Shown here: positions 57,323-64,000 of the stretch, piece by piece | Layout of the letters: each line of letters opens with the position of its first letter | Numbering within the stretch: position 1 is the first letter of the stretch | Assembly (NCBI GenBank): GCA_963677435.1 | Contig: OY781945.1 | Coordinates: 1,536,001-1,600,000 of the forward strand | From: an uncultured Aliarcobacter sp. | GTDB lineage: Bacteria > Campylobacterota > Campylobacteria > Campylobacterales > Arcobacteraceae | Length of the DNA stretch: 64,000 nucleotides | Reading direction: 5' to 3' | The notes under the pieces: generated by a model | What the model was told of the DNA's origin: nothing | The model's input: the letters and a program-made list of their open reading frames with translations, nothing else | Database searches by the model: none | Position numbers and translations under genes: made by a program

Positions 57323-57924
57323 TGAGAATAACTGAAGCTAAATTTTTACAATCTGCTCAAGGAATTATGGATTCTCCAAGTCCAGATAGAGCTGAAGTTG
57401 CATTTTTAGGAAGATCAAATGTAGGAAAGTCATCATTACTTAATACTTTGACGAATAGAAAAGGTTTAGCAAAATCTTCTTCAACTCCTGGTAAAACACA
57501 ACTTATAAATTATTTTGAAATTAATTTCAAAACTGATAATGAAGAGTTGCCATATTTATATGCAAGATTTGTGGATTTACCTGGATTTGGTTATGCAAAA
57601 GTTTCTAAAAGTATAAAAGCTGAATGGAATAGAAATCTAACAGCTTATTTGGAACAAAGACAATGTTTACAAATATTTGTGCATTTGATTGATTCAAGAC
57701 ATCCTTTACTTGATATTGATAAAAATGTGGATGAATTTTTAAGAACTATAAAAAGAGGCGATCAAATTATCATTCAAGCATTTACAAAAATAGATAAATT
57801 AAAAATGAATGATTTAGCAAAATTAAAAAGAGAATACCCTGAAGGAATTTTTATTTCAAATTTGAAAAAAAAGGGTATGATAGATTTACAAAATAAAATT
57901 ACAGGATACTTATTTGGACATTAG
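57322..57924 (+). CDS. yihA: Ribosome biogenesis GTP-binding protein YihA/YsxC
   Basis: GRSNVGKSS, PGKTQLIN, DLPGFGYA, TKIDK. Confidence 0.96.
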   Translation: MRITEAKFLQSAQGIMDSPSPDRAEVAFLGRSNVGKSSLLNTLTNRKGLAKSSSTPGKTQLINYFEINFKTDNEELPYLYARFVDLPGFGYAKVSKSIKAEWNRNLTAYLEQRQCLQIFVHLIDSRHPLLDIDKNVDEFLRTIKRGDQIIIQAFTKIDKLKMNDLAKLKREYPEGIFISNLKKKGMIDLQNKITGYLFGH

Positions 57925-58375
57925 ATTTTATAAGCCAACCGTGGCTGATATTACAAAAATGCAAGATATTGTTAGAGAAGAAGTTGCAAGTGGAAAAATT
58001 CTTTTAAGAACAGAAGATGAAATGGCAACTACAATTCGTTCATATACTGTTGTTGAAGTAGATGGGAAAATGGCTGGATTTACAGCAACACATATTCACT
58101 CTCCAAGACTAGCAGAAGTACGAAGTTTAGTTGTGGCAAAAGAGTTTAGAGGTCTAAAATTAGGTCGAAAACTTGTAGATGCTTGTATAAAAGAGGCAAA
58201 AGAGTATGGAATACAACAACTTTTATCTTTAACTTATGAACAAGGATTTTTTGAAAGTTGTGGCTTTAGAGTGATTTCAAAAGAAGAAATTCCTGAACAT
58301 AAAATCTGGGCAGATTGTATTAGATGTAAGCATTTCCCCATTTGTGACGAAATTGCAATGGTTATTGATTTATAA
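57914..58375 (+). CDS. GNAT N-acetyltransferase, short ArgA-like
   Basis: LAEVRSLVV..RGLKLG, LSLTY, KIWADCIRC. Confidence 0.85.
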   Translation: MDIRFYKPTVADITKMQDIVREEVASGKILLRTEDEMATTIRSYTVVEVDGKMAGFTATHIHSPRLAEVRSLVVAKEFRGLKLGRKLVDACIKEAKEYGIQQLLSLTYEQGFFESCGFRVISKEEIPEHKIWADCIRCKHFPICDEIAMVIDL

Positions 58376-58459
58376 TTAATTACTTTTTATAAGCTTCTTT
58401 TTACTTAAATATTTTTAATTAGTGTACAATGTATGAATATTATCTCAAAGGATTAATTC

Positions 58460-59251
58460 ATGTGGTTGTACACTAGTTGCACTTTTAAATTCGATATTTC
58501 TGAATTTACTCCATTTCTATTTATGTTAAGACCTCAAAACAACTTAAATCAGTTTATATCACTAGAAGAGTTTCAAATAAAACCAAATGTTGAAGTTAAT
58601 CAATTTCAAGATATTTATGGTAATTTCTATCAAAGATTAGTAGCACCTCCTGGAAAATTCAAAATACAATGTGACACAAAAGTTATGATAAAAGATAATT
58701 CAAATAATGCTTTTGGCAAAGAATTTGTTGATATTCATAATTTACCCCACGATGTTCTTTTATATCTGCTTCCTAGTCGTTATTGTGAATCTGATTGGTT
58801 CAATCAAATGGCAACACAAATTACCCAAGGTTTACCATTAGGATATGAACAAGTATTAGCAATAACTAATTGGATACGAACAAATATTAGTTTTGAAAAT
58901 AATAGTAGTGATACTCAAGTAACAGCCATTGAAGTAAATAACAGAAAATATGGTGTATGTAGAGATTTAGCTCATTTAGCAATTGCATTATGTAGAAGTA
59001 TAAGTATTCCTTCTCGTATTGTTGTTGGATATTTATATGAATTAGAACCTATGGATTTACATGCTTGGTTTGAAGTTTATATTGGTGATGGTTGGTATAG
59101 ATTTGATGCAACGCAAGATTTAAATAAAGAGGGTTATGTTGTTATTGCACATGGTAGAGATGCAGCTGATGTGGCTGTTTATACTCAGTTTGGCTCAACA
59201 CTATTTCCAAGCTCTCAAAAAGTAAAAGTTAAAAAATTAAACGAAATATAA
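58460..59251 (+). CDS. Transglutaminase-like protein
   Basis: LLPSRYCESD, GVCRDLAH, HAWFEVY, FDAT, GRDAADV. Confidence 0.9.
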   Translation: MWLYTSCTFKFDISEFTPFLFMLRPQNNLNQFISLEEFQIKPNVEVNQFQDIYGNFYQRLVAPPGKFKIQCDTKVMIKDNSNNAFGKEFVDIHNLPHDVLLYLLPSRYCESDWFNQMATQITQGLPLGYEQVLAITNWIRTNISFENNSSDTQVTAIEVNNRKYGVCRDLAHLAIALCRSISIPSRIVVGYLYELEPMDLHAWFEVYIGDGWYRFDATQDLNKEGYVVIAHGRDAADVAVYTQFGSTLFPSSQKVKVKKLNEI

Positions 59252-59265
59252 ACCAAGGATAAATT

Positions 59266-60117
59266 ATGGAACGCTTTAAAATAATTCATAGAACTTACTA
59301 TAATTATTCAGATAATGTAAATTTAGGAACTCATAATTTGCTTTTAAGACCAAGAGAAAACCATGAACTTCGTATTGAGTCATTTACATTAAATATTACT
59401 CCTAAGGCTAAAATTCTATGGCATTTAGATGTTGAAGATAATTCTGTGGCAATTGCTACATTTGATACGCCAACTCAACAACTTTTTATTGAAAGTGAAG
59501 TTCTTATTCAACAGTATAATGAATCACCACTTGATTTTATAGTTGCTGATTATGCAATAAATTATCCTTTTAAATATTTACCAAATGATAATTTTATTCT
59601 TTCATCTTATATGGTTTTACCAAATGAAGAAAGCAGAATACTTTTAAATAATTGGATAGGTAATGTTTATAAGTATGGTGAAAAGATTCAAACTTATACT
59701 CTTTTACAAAAATTAACAACTTATATATTTAAAAACTTTACCTATAAAGTAAGAGAAGAAGCGGGGGTTCAAACAGCAAAACAAACTCTAACTTATGGTT
59801 CTGGTTCATGTAGAGATTTTGCTTTTTTATTTATGGAAGTAGTTAAATGTTTAGGTTTAGCAACAAGATTTGTAAGTGGTTATCTTTATGCGCCTTTGAT
59901 GTCTGATCAAGCTGGTTCAACCCATGCTTGGGCAGAGGTTTATCTTCCTGGTGGTGGTTGGAAAGGTTTTGATCCAACCACTGGCGATATTGTTGGAAAA
60001 GATCATATTGCAGTTGCAGTTTCAAGGTTACCGGATAATGTTCCTCCCATTTCAGGTTCATACTCAGGAATTTCTGATTCAACACTTAGTGTTGGGGTTT
60101 GGGTTACAAAAGTTTAA
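59266..60117 (+). CDS. Transglutaminase-like protein with bacterial transglutaminase N-terminal domain
   Basis: IIHRTYYNY, LRPR, GSCRDFA, RFVSGYL, THAWAEVYLPG.GW.GFDPT. Confidence 0.9.
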   Translation: MERFKIIHRTYYNYSDNVNLGTHNLLLRPRENHELRIESFTLNITPKAKILWHLDVEDNSVAIATFDTPTQQLFIESEVLIQQYNESPLDFIVADYAINYPFKYLPNDNFILSSYMVLPNEESRILLNNWIGNVYKYGEKIQTYTLLQKLTTYIFKNFTYKVREEAGVQTAKQTLTYGSGSCRDFAFLFMEVVKCLGLATRFVSGYLYAPLMSDQAGSTHAWAEVYLPGGGWKGFDPTTGDIVGKDHIAVAVSRLPDNVPPISGSYSGISDSTLSVGVWVTKV

Positions 60118-60120
60118 ATT

Positions 60121-61494
60121 TTATTTAGAACTTTTGGCCTCTTGCCAAATTTCTCTAAAGATTTTTATTGCATTTTCTATTTCATTTTCTTCAAAAGCAC
60201 CAAAACCTAAAGCTAAGACTTTTTTTATTTCAAAATATTCTTTAAAATAGATTTTTACATCTTTTTTTTCAGCTATTTCTTCTAATTTATTTAAATCAAT
60301 ATTTATAAGAGGTTTTATTAAAAAATTTAAGCCACTTCCTTCTCTTAATATTTTTATTTCATCTTTTAAATAATAAAGTAAGCTATTTTTCATCATCTCA
60401 TGTTTTTTCTTATTTGAATTCCGTATTTTTCTTAAATGTTTTTCCCAATATCCATCTTTTAAAAAAAGTTCTAATGTTTTTTGAAGATCAATAGGTACAC
60501 CAGAAAATGAAAAATCAAAAGCTGATTTATAAATAGGAAGTAGTTTTGTAGGCAAAACAATATAAGCAACTCTTAGAGCTGGTGAGAGAGCTTTTGAAAA
60601 AGTTCCAACATAAACTACTCTATCACTATTTTCTAAGCCTTGCATAGCAGGAATGGGTCTATTATAATAACTTAGTTCACTATCATAATCATCTTCAATA
60701 ATAAATGAGTCATTTTTTTTTGCCCAATGTATTAATTTTATTCTATTTGCAATTGGTATTGTAACACCTGTTGGAAATTGGTGAGATGGAGTTAGATATA
60801 TAGATTTACAAGCTGTTTTTTCCAATTGATTTATATCTATGCCATTTGAATTTATTGAGATATCTTTTATATCATAATCTAATAATTCAAAAACTTTTCT
60901 AGCAACAGAATATCCTGGATATTCAATAGCTAAACTATTTGAAATAGTTTTCAAGATACTTCCCACAATAAACATAGAATCTGAAAAACCACTTGTAATA
61001 ATTATTTGATCTTTGGTGCAATTTACTGCTCTTGATGAAAATAGATATTTTTGTATTTCTTGTCTTAATCCTTCATCACCTTGTTTATTTTGATATATTC
61101 CATAATGAATATCACTTTTTAAAACTTTGCTATAAAGATTAAGCCATATTTTTTTTGGAAAGGAACTTTTACTTAAACTTGCTGGATAAAAATTAATTTT
61201 GTAATTTTTGTTTGTAATCTCTTTATCAAATTTTTCATTTGTATCTTTTTCAAACTTTTGATAAATATCTTCACAAACAAAATATCCACTTTTTACCTTA
61301 CTTTCAATATAACCTTCTGCATATAACTGGTTATACGCTGATTGAATTGTATTTTTACTTAAATTATATTCATCAACCATTTTTCTAATTGAAGGAAGTT
61401 TAGTTCCTGCTAATAAATTAGTTTTTATATCTTCTTTCATTTGTTTATATAGTTGAATATAAAGTGGAATAGTGTTTTTTTCAAATTTATACAT
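60121..61494 (-). CDS. MocR/GabR-family regulator (GntR HTH plus PLP aminotransferase-like domain)
   Basis: KLPSIR, AYNQLYAEGYI, TPSHQFPTG, IEDDYDSE, GTFSK. Confidence 0.95.
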   Translation of the reverse strand: MYKFEKNTIPLYIQLYKQMKEDIKTNLLAGTKLPSIRKMVDEYNLSKNTIQSAYNQLYAEGYIESKVKSGYFVCEDIYQKFEKDTNEKFDKEITNKNYKINFYPASLSKSSFPKKIWLNLYSKVLKSDIHYGIYQNKQGDEGLRQEIQKYLFSSRAVNCTKDQIIITSGFSDSMFIVGSILKTISNSLAIEYPGYSVARKVFELLDYDIKDISINSNGIDINQLEKTACKSIYLTPSHQFPTGVTIPIANRIKLIHWAKKNDSFIIEDDYDSELSYYNRPIPAMQGLENSDRVVYVGTFSKALSPALRVAYIVLPTKLLPIYKSAFDFSFSGVPIDLQKTLELFLKDGYWEKHLRKIRNSNKKKHEMMKNSLLYYLKDEIKILREGSGLNFLIKPLINIDLNKLEEIAEKKDVKIYFKEYFEIKKVLALGFGAFEENEIENAIKIFREIWQEAKSSK

Positions 61495-61498
61495 AAAT

Positions 61499-61545
61499 CT
61501 GTCCTCATTAAAATTCTAAAAAAATCCATCTTTTCATAGTTTCAG
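61499..61545. promoter_or_regulatory. Putative MocR operator in divergent promoter
   Basis: TCTGTCCT...AGTTTCAGA between the MocR gene and its divergent neighbour; similar to 27329-27374. Confidence 0.45.
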
Positions 61546-61591
61546 ATTATTGATATTATACAAATGAAAACCTAAAAATTAAGGATAAAAA

Positions 61592-62187
61592 ATGAGAAGA
61601 GATGAATTTAATATTAAAGATGAAAATAGTATCAATGAAATTTTAAAAGAGTGTGAATATGGTACTTTAAGTCTTATTAGTGAAAATAAACCTTATTGTG
61701 TAGCTTTAAATTTTGTTGTTTATGATGATTCTATATTTTTTCATGGAGCAAAAGAAGGAAGAAAAATTGAAGCTATTAAAAACAATCCATTAGCTTCTTT
61801 TTTAGTAATTAAACCATACTCTTTTATTCCATTATATTTTAGTGATACACTTGCTACTTGTCCTGCAACACAATTTTTTGCTTCAGTTTTATTTGAAGGT
61901 GTTGTTAGTTTTATAGAAGATGATGACAAAAAAGCTGAAGTTTTAAATACCCTAATGCAAAAGTTTCAAGAAGATGGAACATAGAACCAATAGCATTTGA
62001 TAAAGCGATGTATACAAAAATGATATCTAAAACTGCAATTATTGAATTAAAAGCTCAAAATATCTCTTGTAAAATAAAAGTTGGTCAAAATTTAAATGAA
62101 AAGAAAAAAAATAGATTGATAGAAAAATTAAAAAATAGAGATACAAAAATAGATAAAGAAACTATTAGACTAATAAACTTATATTAA
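61592..62187 (+). pseudogene. Frameshifted pyridoxamine 5'-phosphate oxidase-family (flavin-binding) protein
   Basis: MRR, YGTLSL, PY.V.LNF, FFHGAKEGRK; stops at 61984, but a second frame from 61981 continues IEPIAFD...KIKVGQNL to TAA 62187 (one base missing). Confidence 0.8.
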
Positions 62188-62309
62188 ATAAATAATATTT
62201 TATTTTATTGAATTCACTATCTTTCTTTTGTAAATATTAAAATATTTTTTATATAAAATTAACATTATTATTATATAATATTAACTAAATATAATTTTGG
62301 AGATATAAA

Positions 62310-62546
62310 ATGAGTATAATGCAAAGACCATATCCTACTTTGGGTTCTAGTAGAATTCGTAATTATTATGATTGGGAAAAATCTATGGAACCTAAGACTT
62401 TAGAAAGACATAAATGGTTGGGTAAGACATGGACAGATTTGTATTTTCAGAATCAAGGAGATGAGTTTTTGAGGAATTTATCTACAGAAGAAATTATGAA
62501 AACAAAGTGGTTTGAAAAATATGGTGTTAAAGAGCCAATATTTTAA
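62310..62546 (+). CDS. Small Trp-rich hypothetical protein (78 aa)
   Basis: SD GGAG upstream; less AT-rich than its flanks. Confidence 0.65.
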   Translation: MSIMQRPYPTLGSSRIRNYYDWEKSMEPKTLERHKWLGKTWTDLYFQNQGDEFLRNLSTEEIMKTKWFEKYGVKEPIF

Positions 62547-62629
62547 TTATATAAATCTTATGTATTTATTACATGAAATTAACTTATATAATTAATTAAA
62601 TTTTAATTTATTGAGACAATATAAGGATT

Positions 62630-63337
62630 GTGATGTCAAAAAGTCAAGCAGATATTTTTGAAAACAAATTATTAAAAATAATAAAAGATAAAAGTAATAT
62701 TTATGATTTTATAGTTGAATATATTAATGATAAGTCTTATGGAACATTTAGAATTTTTTCTAAGAGACTAAAAGAATTAAATCAAAAATTGTTTGATGAA
62801 AAATTTATTAGCGAAGAAGATTACAAAAAAATAAATTATGCTATAAGTAATAAATCAAAAATGAGAAATCCTGAAGTAATATTTGATATGGAAGGATTTT
62901 TAAAAAAATATTTATTATATTTTGAAGTTAACAAAAATGATAATAGAAATCTTTTAAATATTCTTTTTTTAATGTTGCCTTTTTTATATCTTAAAACTTT
63001 TAAAGATATACAAAATATTAGAATTAAAGATATTGAAATATTAGAGTTTAATAAATGTATTGTTATTAAACATACAAATTTTTTAACAAATGATATTCAA
63101 ACAGTTAAGATGGGGAAATTTTATAAAGAGTGGTTATCTCTTTTTAATTTAATCAAAACAAATAAAAAGGAAAAATTTTTATTTGCAAATGCAAGTTCAA
63201 ACTATACATTGTTTAATCAAAAACTTGATCCATATCTTTGTAATTTTACCAATAAAGAAACAAGTGATACCAAATATATAACTTTAGTTAAAAATGCTTT
63301 GAAATACTCTAAAAAATCGATTTTTGAGATTTTATAA
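62630..63337 (+). CDS. Hypothetical protein with weak tyrosine-recombinase-like segment
   Basis: SD AAGGA; RNLLNILFL...KDIQNIRIKDI resembles integrase box I but lacks the catalytic Arg. Confidence 0.5.
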   Translation: MMSKSQADIFENKLLKIIKDKSNIYDFIVEYINDKSYGTFRIFSKRLKELNQKLFDEKFISEEDYKKINYAISNKSKMRNPEVIFDMEGFLKKYLLYFEVNKNDNRNLLNILFLMLPFLYLKTFKDIQNIRIKDIEILEFNKCIVIKHTNFLTNDIQTVKMGKFYKEWLSLFNLIKTNKKEKFLFANASSNYTLFNQKLDPYLCNFTNKETSDTKYITLVKNALKYSKKSIFEIL

Positions 63338-63352
63338 AAGAGTTAAAAAAGA

Positions 63353-64000
63353 TTATAAAATCTTTTTTAACTGATTTTTTATGATAACTGGCACAAAAAA
63401 CATAGAAACAACATAAGAGATTAAAGTTCCACCAATTAGTGCAACTCCAAGACCTCCAAATACTGCGTCATTTGCTATTAATGCACTTGCGAATACCATG
63501 GTTAGAACCGTAAGAATAATTGGCTTAGAACGAGTTGCTGTGGCTTTTGCAATTGCTTCATTAATACTCAAATTTTTTTCAACTATAAGTTGTTTTGAAA
63601 AATCTATAATTAAAGTGGAATTTCTTGAGTTTATTCCAATAAGTCCTATAAATCCTATAAGTGAAGTGGCTGTTAAATAAAAAGTATCAGCTGTAAACAG
63701 ATCCATAATTACATGGGCAAAAATAACTCCAATTATTGAAATAAAACTTGATAATACAATTCCACCTGAAAGTGCAAAACTTTTGTAATACATAACCATT
63801 AAAAAGAAGATTAAAACTAAAGCTATTATAAATGCTCCACCTAAATCTATAAAAGTATCAATGGTTACTTTTAACTCCCCATCAAATACTAAATCAAACT
63901 TCTCTTTTGTTTTTTTATCCACAAATGATAGGTTTAACATATTTGTTTTTGTCACAATATAATCTTTTGACAAAGAGTTTAGCATCTCATCCCTTGCATT
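63353..64000 (-). CDS. RND efflux permease (AcrB/AcrD/AcrF family), 3' part only
   Basis: IGFIGLIGINSRNSTLIIDF, RSKPIILT, LIGGTL; frame continues beyond window. Confidence 0.9.
   Translation of the reverse strand, partial: NARDEMLNSLSKDYIVTKTNMLNLSFVDKKTKEKFDLVFDGELKVTIDTFIDLGGAFIIALVLIFFLMVMYYKSFALSGGIVLSSFISIIGVIFAHVIMDLFTADTFYLTATSLIGFIGLIGINSRNSTLIIDFSKQLIVEKNLSINEAIAKATATRSKPIILTVLTMVFASALIANDAVFGGLGVALIGGTLISYVVSMFFVPVIIKNQLKKIL

Noticed and set aside
10..63680. Many short ORFs antisense to or nested in long genes (e.g. 10-234, 1519-1737, 6140-6427, 33734-34120, 50055-50417, 59924-60250)
   Set aside because: They lie within well-supported genes, lack recognisable motifs and look like shadow ORFs.
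1..64000. CRISPR array, rRNA, tRNA, prophage or IS element
   Set aside because: No regularly spaced repeats, cloverleaf-like GC-rich segments, phage structural genes or transposases recognised.

Overview
Very AT-rich chromosomal window from a Campylobacterota bacterium, most likely Arcobacteraceae. This is inferred from the conserved gene orders ubiX-coaD-tmk-hisS-speA-cysE, rplI-hslVU and tatD-mltD-rlpA-kdsC-lptCA-engB, and from the NIAHQWRQPL-type kinase H-box. Core blocks are lipoate ligase with aceEF-lpdA (0-6.7 kb), uvrA, and the housekeeping region at 42-58 kb. A patchwork accessory region (about 15.7-42.4 kb) is rich in signalling and regulatory genes. No rRNA, tRNA, CRISPR array or intact IS was recognised. 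The best candidate for an undescribed system is a tight three-gene operon (27180->21141): a histidine-decarboxylase-like PLP enzyme, a Cache-domain hybrid histidine kinase and a REC-GGDEF diguanylate cyclase. It has no antiporter or siderophore genes and may be a self-made-amine signal/receptor/c-di-GMP circuit; that function is inference. Other leads include a frameshifted HEPN-motif gene, a solute-binding lipoprotein paired with a kinase, a serine recombinase lacking catalytic residues with upstream palindromes, and a degenerate ATP-grasp protein. There are also two 10-aa leader ORFs, a shared MocR-type operator, a duplicated TetR operator, and non-canonical ATA/ATT starts. All family calls come from motif recognition by eye, with no database searches.
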